Shown here one piece after another: positions 48,241-56,319 of a stretch of 56,319 bases of DNA. The position numbers and the translations under genes are program-made. Below the pieces are notes generated by a model that did not search any database, was not told the origin of the DNA, and saw only the letters and a list, made by a program, of their open reading frames with translations. Position 1 is the stretch's first letter; the number at the start of each line of letters is the position of its first letter. Source of the stretch: a candidate division WOR-3 bacterium (lineage in GTDB: Bacteria; Hydrothermota; Tepidihabitantia; SM23-42; CAYGYG01); assembly GCA_965648915.1 (NCBI GenBank), contig CBFGIV010000012.1:1-56319 (forward strand), read 5' to 3'.

Positions 48241-50127
48241 ATGTTAAGTTCGGTAAATTCAATAATTCAAGTAAAAAAGGGCCAGAGATTAAGCAATCTG
48301 ATAAAGGATCAGTCTGTCCTTGTGGCAGCAGTCGGGGATCAAATGGTTGATCTTTCTCATACGGTCGAAGATGATCTTACTGTGAGATTATACGATTTTA
48401 ATTCAGAACAAGGGAGAGAAGTCTTCTGGCACTCGACCTCTCATATCCTGGCTCAGGCGGTGAAACATCTCTTCCCCGATGCTAAACTGGCGATTGGCCC
48501 GGCGGTCAGTGATGGTTTTTACTATGATTTTGATGTAGACCAACCATTCAGTCCTGAAGACCTGAAGAAGATCGAATCTGAGATGGAGAGGATTATCAGC
48601 GCCGATTATCCGTTTGAGCGGAAAGTTATGGAAAAAGATGAGGCGATAAGACTCTTCACCAGACTTGGTGAACCCTATAAGATTGAACTCATCAACGAGA
48701 TTGAAGATCAAAAAGTTTCTGTCTATCAGGATGGGGATTTCATTGATCTCTGTCGGGGCCCCCATATCCCGTCAACCGGCAGAATCGGCGCTTTCAAATT
48801 GCTCTCGGTTGCCGGCGCCTACTGGCGGGGTGTAGAAACAAACCGGATGTTATCGAGAATCTACGGTATATCTTTTCCTTCCCGGGAAGAACTTGATGAA
48901 TATTTAAAGAAATTGGACGAGGCAAGAAAAAGGGATCACCGCCGTCTCGGTGTTGAGCTTGAACTATTCAATATCTATGAAGCAGCGGGAGCCGGTCTGG
49001 TCTTCTGGCACCCCAAAGGGATGAGATTGAAGAGGATAATTGAAGATTACTGGTATAAGATGCACGAGGCCGAAGGTTATCTATTTGTCAATACTCCCCA
49101 TATTGCCCGCGGACAGTTATGGCACATCTCTGGCCATTATGACTACTATTTTGAGAATATGTATACAATGAATATCGAAAAGGAAGAGTTTGTCCTCAAA
49201 CCGATGAATTGCCCTGGGCATATTCTTATCTACCAGTCCAGAATAAGAAGTTATCGAGATTTGCCATTAAGGCTGGCAGAACTGGGAACGGTTTACCGAA
49301 GGGAACGATCAGGAGTTTTGCAGGGGTTGTTGCGGGTTCGCGGGTTCACGATCGACGATGCCCATATCTTCTGCACGCCGGAGCAGATTAATGATGAACT
49401 GGTTAAAGTTATAAGTCTGGCTCAGCGCATACTGAAGAAGTTTGGTTTTGAGCAATACCAGGTGGAATTATCAGTCTGGGATCCAAGGGAAAAGAGTAAG
49501 TTTCTGGGCAGTGAGTCAGAATGGCTACAGGCTGAGGAGGGGCTGATTTCGGCCTTGAGCAAACTTTCCCTGCCCTACAAGAGGATGGAGGGCGAGGCGG
49601 CTTTCTATGGACCAAAAGTTGATATCAAGATCCTTGATGCGCTGGGGCGACCCTGGCAGGCAACTACCGTTCAATTTGATTTCAATGCGCCCCGAAGGTT
49701 CAATATCCGTTATATGGATCGAGACGGCGGTCATCGCCAGGTTGTGATTATTCATCGTGCAATATTAGGATCAATTGAAAGGTTTATCGGAACTTTAATT
49801 GAACATTATGGCGGTGCATTCCCCCTCTGGTTGGCACCAGTTCAAGTAGTAATTCTTACAATAACTGAAAAAGAGATTCCATATGCCGAGAAGATTTATA
49901 ATGAGTTAAATTCGGCCGGGCTCAGAGTGGAAATTAATTTCAAAAATGAGAAGATAAATTATAAGATCAGGGAGGCTGAGGTTCAGAAGATCCCCTATAT
50001 GATTATTATCGGTGAACGTGAGGTCGCAAGCGGGGATCTCGCTATACGACGTCAGAAGAAGGGAGATCTGGGCCGATATAAACTTAGTGATTTTCTTAAT
50101 ATGATAAGAACGGAGATCAGTCTTTAA
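48241..50127 (+). CDS. thrS: Threonine--tRNA ligase
   Basis: HSTSHILAQAV, DLCRGPH, RDHRRLG, KPMNCPGH, IHRAILGSIERF. Confidence 0.98.
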   Translation: MLSSVNSIIQVKKGQRLSNLIKDQSVLVAAVGDQMVDLSHTVEDDLTVRLYDFNSEQGREVFWHSTSHILAQAVKHLFPDAKLAIGPAVSDGFYYDFDVDQPFSPEDLKKIESEMERIISADYPFERKVMEKDEAIRLFTRLGEPYKIELINEIEDQKVSVYQDGDFIDLCRGPHIPSTGRIGAFKLLSVAGAYWRGVETNRMLSRIYGISFPSREELDEYLKKLDEARKRDHRRLGVELELFNIYEAAGAGLVFWHPKGMRLKRIIEDYWYKMHEAEGYLFVNTPHIARGQLWHISGHYDYYFENMYTMNIEKEEFVLKPMNCPGHILIYQSRIRSYRDLPLRLAELGTVYRRERSGVLQGLLRVRGFTIDDAHIFCTPEQINDELVKVISLAQRILKKFGFEQYQVELSVWDPREKSKFLGSESEWLQAEEGLISALSKLSLPYKRMEGEAAFYGPKVDIKILDALGRPWQATTVQFDFNAPRRFNIRYMDRDGGHRQVVIIHRAILGSIERFIGTLIEHYGGAFPLWLAPVQVVILTITEKEIPYAEKIYNELNSAGLRVEINFKNEKINYKIREAEVQKIPYMIIIGEREVASGDLAIRRQKKGDLGRYKLSDFLNMIRTEISL

Positions 50128-50185
50128 TATGCTATATTAGAAGACCTTATGTATTATTGAGAAAAATCCTAACCAAGGAGGTAAG

Positions 50186-50698
50186 ATTAGAGATAAACCA
50201 AAAGTTAATTATGGAATAAAAGCACCAAGAGTAGTGGTCATCGATACTGATAAAAAGAACCTGGGGGAGATGAATACATACGAGGCAATAAAACTTGCGC
50301 GGGAGAAAGGTCTTGATCTGGTCGAGGTTTCGCCTCTGACTCAACCACCGGTCTGTCGAATTATGGATTTTGGCAAATTCATTTATGAACGAAAGCGACG
50401 CGAACGTCAGTCCCGCAAAAAGCAGAAAGTTATATCAATCAGGGAGATCAGGCTCAGTCTAAAGATCGGCGATCATGACTATCAGGTAAAATTGAAGAAA
50501 ATAATTGAGTTCCTTGAATCCGGTGACAAGGTCAAGGTTTCGCTACTCTTAAGAGGCAGGGAAGCACTCCATGCCAATCTGGCGATGAATTTGATGGAGC
50601 GATTGGTTTCTGATCTCAGCGCCAAAGCCCGGGTTGAGGTGCCACCGAGGCGTGAGGAGATGTTGATCTATGCAGTCTTTTTGCCCAAGAAACAATGA
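50186..50698 (+). CDS. infC: Translation initiation factor IF-3 (ATT start)
   Basis: AAGGAGGT SD then in-frame ATT 50186; GLDLVEV, PPVCRIMDFGKF, IGDHDYQVK, GDKVKV. Confidence 0.95.
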   Translation: MRDKPKVNYGIKAPRVVVIDTDKKNLGEMNTYEAIKLAREKGLDLVEVSPLTQPPVCRIMDFGKFIYERKRRERQSRKKQKVISIREIRLSLKIGDHDYQVKLKKIIEFLESGDKVKVSLLLRGREALHANLAMNLMERLVSDLSAKARVEVPPRREEMLIYAVFLPKKQ

Positions 50699-50710
50699 AA
50701 AGGAGCAAAG

Positions 50711-50905
50711 ATGCCAAAACTTAAGACTAAAAGGACTTTGATGAAAAGGGTAAAGTTGACCAAGAGCGGCAAGATTTTAGCAAGAAGATCTGGAAAGGGG
50801 CATCTTCTTACCGGCAAGTCGCAGAAAAGAAAAAGACGCCTCAGAAAGACAACAACTTACGATAAGATGGTTGCGAGGCGTTTAAAGAGTATGTTAAATC
50901 TATAA
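50711..50905 (+). CDS. rpmI: 50S ribosomal protein L35
   Basis: MPKLKT...KR.K.T.SGK, HLLTGKS.KRKRRLR. Confidence 0.96.
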   Translation: MPKLKTKRTLMKRVKLTKSGKILARRSGKGHLLTGKSQKRKRRLRKTTTYDKMVARRLKSMLNL

Positions 50906-50927
50906 ATTCCAGAGATTTCTATATTAC

Positions 50928-50955
50928 TTGACATATTATCGAAGTTGTATAGAAT
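50928..50955 (+). promoter_or_regulatory. Internal promoter upstream of rplT
   Basis: TTGACA-N16-TAGAAT. Confidence 0.75.
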
Positions 50956-50990
50956 GAGAAGTTGTTTTAAAATTTTATAAGGAGGTTTAT

Positions 50991-51368
50991 TTGGCAAGAG
51001 TAAAGACTGGACCCAAGACCCGACGTCGTCGGAAAAAATGGCTCAAGGCAGCAAAAGGCTACTGGGGTGGGAAGCACCGTCTATATAAGAGCGCGCGTAT
51101 TGCGGTGATGAAGGCACTTCTCTCTGCATATCGAGAACGGAAAAGGCGGAAGCGTATATTCCGGAGTCTCTGGATATTGAGGATGAACGCGGCGTTGAGA
51201 GAGATAGGTATTAAATACAGCCAATTTGTTTATGCCTTAAGGAAGAGCGGAATTGAACTTAATCGAAGGATTCTGGCGGAAATGGCTTATAGCCAGCCGG
51301 CTGAGTTTCAGAAATTGGCCCGAACCGTTATGGAGGAGATTGGTGGAGGAAAAGATAAAAAGGCTTGA
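50991..51368 (+). CDS. rplT: 50S ribosomal protein L20
   Basis: MARVK, AKGYWG, FRSLWI.R.NAA, LNRRILAEMA; TTG start after AAGGAGG. Confidence 0.97.
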   Translation: MARVKTGPKTRRRRKKWLKAAKGYWGGKHRLYKSARIAVMKALLSAYRERKRRKRIFRSLWILRMNAALREIGIKYSQFVYALRKSGIELNRRILAEMAYSQPAEFQKLARTVMEEIGGGKDKKA

Positions 51369-52365
51369 ACAAGAGATAAAGCAGCAGATCGACGGTTGTT
51401 CCAACGCGGAAGACCTGGATAAGATTCGAACCGCTTATCTTGGTCGTAAGGGAGAATTGAATAAGATCTTCGCAGAAATTTCCTCAATTGCCGATTTGGG
51501 CGATCGTAAAAAGATCGGTGCTTTGACTAATGAATTGAAGAACAAGGTAGAAGATTGGATTGCCACAAAGCGGTCAATGCTTTTGAAAACCAGAGAAAGA
51601 AAGATGGTTGACCTCACCTTACCGGGCCGAAAGACCTGGAATGGTCATTACCACCCATTGACCTCGATGAGTAATGAAATCTGTAATATTTTTTTGCATC
51701 TCGGCTTCAGTATCGAACTTGGGCCAGAGGTTGAATTGGATTGGTACAATTTTGAAGCCTTGAACATTCCGCCCCACCATCCTTCCCGGGATACCGCGGG
51801 AAGTCTCTTTTCGAGTTTTTTTATTACCGATGAGGTCCTGCTGCGCAGTCATACATCACCGGTCCAGATTCGGGTAATGGAAAAACGGCGCCCACCGATA
51901 AAGTCGATTATGCCCGGCCGGGTCTACCGTTATGAAAATTTTGACGCCAGTCATTCACCGATTTTTCACCAGGTTGAAGGTCTATATGTAGATAAAGGGG
52001 TAGGCTTTGGTGAATTAAAGTGGGTCCTTTCTGAATTCTGCCGGCGTTTCTATGGGAAAGATACCAGATTGAGATTTTCTCCTTCTTACTTTCCATTTAC
52101 TGAGCCATCGGCTGAAGGTGCAGTTAGTTGCGTAATCTGTAAGGGTAAAGGTTGTCGGGTATGCAAAGGGAGTGGCTGGATTGAGATCTTTGGCGCGGGT
52201 ATGGTCCATCCCCAGGTTTTGATAAATTGTAAGATTGACCCGAAGAGGTATTCCGGTTACGCGTTCGGTATGGGGGTAGAAAGGATTGTGATGGTCAAGT
52301 ATCTGATAGATGATATCCGTCTCCTTTTCGAAAATGATGTCCGTTTTCTGGAGCAGTTTGTATGA
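51343..52365 (+). CDS. pheS: Phenylalanine--tRNA ligase alpha subunit
   Basis: NFEALN, LLRSHTSPVQ, FHQVEG, YFPFTEPS, AFGMGVER; start GTG 51343 (or TTG 51340) after GGAGG. Confidence 0.96.
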   Translation: MEEKIKRLEQEIKQQIDGCSNAEDLDKIRTAYLGRKGELNKIFAEISSIADLGDRKKIGALTNELKNKVEDWIATKRSMLLKTRERKMVDLTLPGRKTWNGHYHPLTSMSNEICNIFLHLGFSIELGPEVELDWYNFEALNIPPHHPSRDTAGSLFSSFFITDEVLLRSHTSPVQIRVMEKRRPPIKSIMPGRVYRYENFDASHSPIFHQVEGLYVDKGVGFGELKWVLSEFCRRFYGKDTRLRFSPSYFPFTEPSAEGAVSCVICKGKGCRVCKGSGWIEIFGAGMVHPQVLINCKIDPKRYSGYAFGMGVERIVMVKYLIDDIRLLFENDVRFLEQFV

Positions 52366-54731
52366 AGGTCTCGCTCCTCTGGTTCAATCAATACTTAGGG
52401 AGACGTTTGAGACTCGATCAAACTATCGATCTCTTAGTCCGGCTAGGCTTTGGTTGTGATATTGATAGTGTTGTCAATTATGGTGAAGGGCTGGAGAATG
52501 TCTGTGTTGCCGCGATTGAAGATTTGACCACCCATCCTAAGGATGGAAGGTTACAGATCGCTACCATAAATATTGGTAAGGGAAAGAAACAGGTCGTAAC
52601 CGCAGCAAAAAATATCAAAACCGGAGATCTTGTCTTATTTGTGCCGGCCGGGTCGAAGATTAATAAAGAGTTAATCCAGGAGAAAGATTTCTCCGGAGTC
52701 GTCTCCCAGGGTATGTTTCTCTCCGAAGAAGAACTGGGACTGACCGAGAAATCAGAAGGGGTTATTGTTCTTGAGAAAAACCAATTTGATCCAGGTGGTA
52801 AAGTTTATCGAATCCAACCCGGCAAAAGATTCTCCGAACTTTTCGATTGTGAAATTTTAAATTTAGAGACGACCGCAATCCGTTCGGACTGGCTTTCTAC
52901 CCTGGGCATTGCCCGGGAATTGGTCAGGATGTTTAATAAGAGGATACCGCCGTCTGAATTCATTAAGGAGAAGACAGAGGTAGTGGGCATTGAGGTTCAG
53001 GATCGTACTGCCTGCCCGCTCTATACCGGGCGGCTGATCGAAGAGGTCACAGTTAAAGAATCCCCCTTCTGGCTGAAATGGCGACTCTACACCCATGGTA
53101 TCAATCCGATAAATAATATTGTTGATATCACCAACCTGATTATGCTTCAATTTGGCCAACCCCTGCATGCCTTCGACTACGACCGCCTGGCCGGACACAG
53201 GATTATTGTCCGGCGCGCAAAACCGAAGGAGCCTTTTACCACCCTTGATGGAACGAGACTTGAATTAAACGGACAATTAGTAATATGTGATAGCGAAAAG
53301 CCGGTTGCCCTGGCCGGTATTGTAGGGGGAAGAGAAAGTGGTATCGAGGCTGATACCAAAACTGTTCTCCTCGAGAGCGCCTATTTTGATCCAATCGTTA
53401 TCAATCGAGCGTCGCGCCTACTCAATATTCGGACTGAATCTTCAATCCGGTTTGAGAAGGGAGTAGATTTTATCGGCGTGATTAATGCTTCCCGGGTGAC
53501 GGCTGAACTTCTTACCCATTATGCTGGTGCCCGAAGGGGTCGATTTCAGATTGTTGGTCGCATTCCCAGGCCGGCGAAGATTTCCGTCGACTTTGAAAGA
53601 ATAAAGAGTTTGCTCAGCATCGATATAAATTTTTCTGAGTTTAAGAATATTCTCAGAATTCTTGATCTATCACCCCGGGGCAAGAAAAAAGTCATAGTTT
53701 CGGTCCCCTCTTATCGAAATGACCTCAGATGGGAGGCAGATATTGCTGAGGAGGTAGCCCGGGTCTATGGTTATGACAGGATACCCGAGGTTGTCAGTCC
53801 AAGACCGGTTTTCGAGTATAAAGTTGATCCCCTTTCGCAACTTGAGTCAAAGGTAAAGGTATATTTTGTTGGTAAAGGTTTTTATGAATGCTGTTCTTTC
53901 AGTCTGGTCTCGGCCCGGGAACTTTCAATGTTAGGCTTTGATAATTTCATCCGGATTAAAAATCCACTTTCGGAAAATTATAATGCATTGCGTCCGACCC
54001 TGATAATCAACTTCCTCAACAATCTGAAGACCAATATCGACCATTTTAATTTTAATCTCCGACTCTTCGAAGTGGGTAAAGTTTTTGAACCATCAGATGA
54101 AAAATTACCCCGGGAGAAGTCATTTGTTGGTGGTATATGTGGTGGGGAATATCATCCACTTCACTGGACCCGAAGCAGGGCGATCGATTTTTTTGATGTC
54201 AAAGGTTTTGTTGCAGGATTTTTTGAATACTTAAAGATTGATAATATAAATTATCAACCCGCACCATTCAAATTTTTTACCGAGGATTATTCAAGTCTGA
54301 TTTTGATTGAAAATCGGCCCATTGGATGCATCGGCCTCCTTCGGTTACCATTCATTGATAAGAACTATTACTACTTTGAAGTGAATCTTGATGAGATTGT
54401 CAATCGTATCCCTGTATCAATCTATCTGCCCCTGCCCAGATATCCAGTTGTGACCCGTGATCTCTCATTCCTTGTATCAGAAGAGATGAATTCGGTAACC
54501 GTCCTTAAATTGATCAGGAAGAATGCCGGACCGCTTTTGAAAGATCTTCAAGTGTTTGACTATTATGAGGGTGGGAATTTGCCCCAGGGGAAGAAGAACC
54601 TTGGATTCAGGTTGGTCTTCCGGTCTGAGGAGAGAACCTTGAAGGATGAAGAGGTCGACCGGATTATAAGCCATATTGTCCAGATTGTTTCAGAGAATAC
54701 CGGTGCGGTTCTACGTAAACCTGAAGATTAA
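52362..54731 (+). CDS. pheT: Phenylalanine--tRNA ligase beta subunit
   Basis: NNIVDITN, GQPLHAFD, LLESAYF, RFEKGVD, EEVARVYGYD, RDLSF, RTLKDEEVD. Confidence 0.96.
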   Translation: MKVSLLWFNQYLGRRLRLDQTIDLLVRLGFGCDIDSVVNYGEGLENVCVAAIEDLTTHPKDGRLQIATINIGKGKKQVVTAAKNIKTGDLVLFVPAGSKINKELIQEKDFSGVVSQGMFLSEEELGLTEKSEGVIVLEKNQFDPGGKVYRIQPGKRFSELFDCEILNLETTAIRSDWLSTLGIARELVRMFNKRIPPSEFIKEKTEVVGIEVQDRTACPLYTGRLIEEVTVKESPFWLKWRLYTHGINPINNIVDITNLIMLQFGQPLHAFDYDRLAGHRIIVRRAKPKEPFTTLDGTRLELNGQLVICDSEKPVALAGIVGGRESGIEADTKTVLLESAYFDPIVINRASRLLNIRTESSIRFEKGVDFIGVINASRVTAELLTHYAGARRGRFQIVGRIPRPAKISVDFERIKSLLSIDINFSEFKNILRILDLSPRGKKKVIVSVPSYRNDLRWEADIAEEVARVYGYDRIPEVVSPRPVFEYKVDPLSQLESKVKVYFVGKGFYECCSFSLVSARELSMLGFDNFIRIKNPLSENYNALRPTLIINFLNNLKTNIDHFNFNLRLFEVGKVFEPSDEKLPREKSFVGGICGGEYHPLHWTRSRAIDFFDVKGFVAGFFEYLKIDNINYQPAPFKFFTEDYSSLILIENRPIGCIGLLRLPFIDKNYYYFEVNLDEIVNRIPVSIYLPLPRYPVVTRDLSFLVSEEMNSVTVLKLIRKNAGPLLKDLQVFDYYEGGNLPQGKKNLGFRLVFRSEERTLKDEEVDRIISHIVQIVSENTGAVLRKPED

Positions 54732-54735
54732 TCTA

Positions 54736-54763
54736 TTGACTTTCTTTAATTGCTATTTATAAT
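54736..54763 (+). promoter_or_regulatory. sigma70-type promoter
   Basis: TTGACT-N16-TATAAT. Confidence 0.75.
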
Positions 54764-54784
54764 GATTCTGGTGTTCTGGAGGCT

Positions 54785-55648
54785 ATGATGTTTATAATAT
54801 TATTGGTTGTGCAAACAGTGGGTTTTGAATTTTTGAGTGTTGATCCGGTTGCCCGACGACTGCAGGGGGGGATCGGCATAACCGGTGATGGTTATGAACT
54901 GAATTATAATCCCGCAGCCCTGGCATTTAATGAGAGACAGATTTCGACTATCTCCTACTTCAACTATATTGGAGGTACCCACTTTGGTCAGGTCGGTCAT
55001 AAGATTAAACAATTCGGGGTAATGGCTAAGTATTTTAATGGCGGTTCACTCAAACATACTGACAATATGGGTAATGAATTGCAGCCCGCAACATTTGGGG
55101 TGAATTTTATCGATCTTACGGTCGGGGCGGGCTTTAAGTTCCATTCAAAATTCGGGCTGGGTGCAGATCTTAAGTTCCAGTACGAACGGATCGATACATT
55201 TACCGCACTGGGAATGGGGATGGACGCTGGTGCATACTATCAGGTTAGCGAGAGGATAAAAACGGGTAGCATCTTAAAAAATCTGGGTTATGGTATAAAA
55301 CCATTTATTAAAGAACACGAGATGCTCCCCTTTGAATTTGGTATCGGCGGGGTGATCGACTGGCCGAAAAGTAGTCTCTTCATCGATGGCTATCTGCCCG
55401 TGGTGGGCAAACCTAATGGTCGGATCGGCTATGAATACTGGCTGGTGAATCAATTCTCATTAAAAATTGGATATAATTCCAAACTCCTCGAGGTAAAGAC
55501 AGGCGAGGGTGCCATCGACCTTATTGCCGGTATGAATGGCGGATTTGGTGTAAAGGTTGGCAATTTTATCTTTGATTATCTCATCACCCCTTATGGTGAA
55601 CTCGGTTTGACCCATCGCCTCTCTCTTTCTTTTACCCATAGTAAATAA
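54785..55648 (+). CDS. PorV/PorQ-family outer-membrane beta-barrel protein
   Basis: FEFLSVDPVAR, YNPAAL, FDY..TPYGELGLTHRLSL. Confidence 0.75.
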   Translation: MMFIILLVVQTVGFEFLSVDPVARRLQGGIGITGDGYELNYNPAALAFNERQISTISYFNYIGGTHFGQVGHKIKQFGVMAKYFNGGSLKHTDNMGNELQPATFGVNFIDLTVGAGFKFHSKFGLGADLKFQYERIDTFTALGMGMDAGAYYQVSERIKTGSILKNLGYGIKPFIKEHEMLPFEFGIGGVIDWPKSSLFIDGYLPVVGKPNGRIGYEYWLVNQFSLKIGYNSKLLEVKTGEGAIDLIAGMNGGFGVKVGNFIFDYLITPYGELGLTHRLSLSFTHSK

Positions 55649-55653
55649 GTTTG

Positions 55654-56163
55654 ATGGACCGGATAATATCGGGTAGAGTTTGGAAATTCGGTAACAGCAT
55701 CAACACCGACATCATCTATCCGGGTAAATATCTTAACATTACCGATCCCGTAGAGACAGCAAAGCATATTTTTGAGGCGGTCTATCCCGATTTCTTAAAA
55801 AAGGCCCGGCCTGGAGATATTATTGTTGCAGGTAAATATTTTGGCTGTGGCTCATCACGGGAACAGGCGGCGCTGGCTCTTAAATACTTCGGCATCAGCG
55901 CCGTGGTTGCTGAATCTTTTGCCCGCATCTATTATCGTAACGCTATAAATCTTGGCCTGCCGATAGTCAAGGTTGATGAAATAAGCACAAAGGTAAAGCA
56001 GGATGAGGAACTGAAGATAGATTTTTTTGAGGGCATAATTATAAACTTAACTTCTGGAGAGGAGATAAAATTCCAACCTTTACCACTATTCATCCTTGAG
56101 ATTCTTAAAAGCGGTGGGCTGATGCCTTATCTTAAGAAGAAACTGAGAACAGAAACAGGATAA
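55654..56163 (+). CDS. leuD: 3-isopropylmalate dehydratase / homoaconitase small subunit (LeuD type 2)
   Basis: GRVWKFG.SINTDII.PG, FGCGSSREQA, SFARIYYRNAINLGL. Confidence 0.88.
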   Translation: MDRIISGRVWKFGNSINTDIIYPGKYLNITDPVETAKHIFEAVYPDFLKKARPGDIIVAGKYFGCGSSREQAALALKYFGISAVVAESFARIYYRNAINLGLPIVKVDEISTKVKQDEELKIDFFEGIIINLTSGEEIKFQPLPLFILEILKSGGLMPYLKKKLRTETG

Positions 56164-56234
56164 TAATTACCTTAGAGATATTCTTTCAGAAAAGTCTTCT
56201 TTGAAAAATAATCAATAGTTAATTTTCTATTGTT

Positions 56235-56318
56235 TTACTCCTTTTTTAATATGAGTGCTTTATATGTACCAGTCTTCTTTTGGTGCTGAAAGCACATTAT
56301 AACCAAATTGGGTCCCGG
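56235..56318 (-). CDS. Possible C-terminus of a convergent gene running off the window
   Basis: Open frame PGPNLVIMCFQHQKKTGTYKALILKKE*; no recognisable motif. Confidence 0.25.
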   Translation of the reverse strand, partial: PGPNLVIMCFQHQKKTGTYKALILKKE

Positions 56319-56319
56319 T

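Overview
A 56 kb core-chromosome segment from a diderm bacterium. FlgD/T9SS-like C-terminal domains, PorV/PorQ-like proteins and a triple parvulin cluster suggest an FCB-related lineage such as candidate division WOR-3 (inference). In order, the window holds: the end of tuf and the S10/spc ribosomal protein cluster, which stops after rpsN and runs into tyrS; a Ser/Thr kinase-PEGA / TPR / lipoprotein / FHA-GAF-adenylate cyclase cassette and an OmpA protein; the 3xPPIase-pdxA-ftsEX-envC-holB operon; zapB-zapA-6S RNA-rny; PMM-EIIA-vanZ-hisS; two Asp-box (BNR) secreted proteins; tRNA-Thr and tRNA-Tyr; a divergent cyclase-STAND-TPR / GAF-GGDEF pair; and thrS-infC-rpmI-rplT-pheST. The most striking observations are (1) sixteen near-consensus sigma70-type promoters that all have a 16-bp rather than 17-bp spacer, several driving apparently leaderless mRNAs, (2) the kinase-to-cyclase trans-envelope cassette, (3) a long structured 5' leader at about 36616-36897, and (4) decayed tRNA and IS relics. 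All calls come from reading the sequence; no database searches were run.
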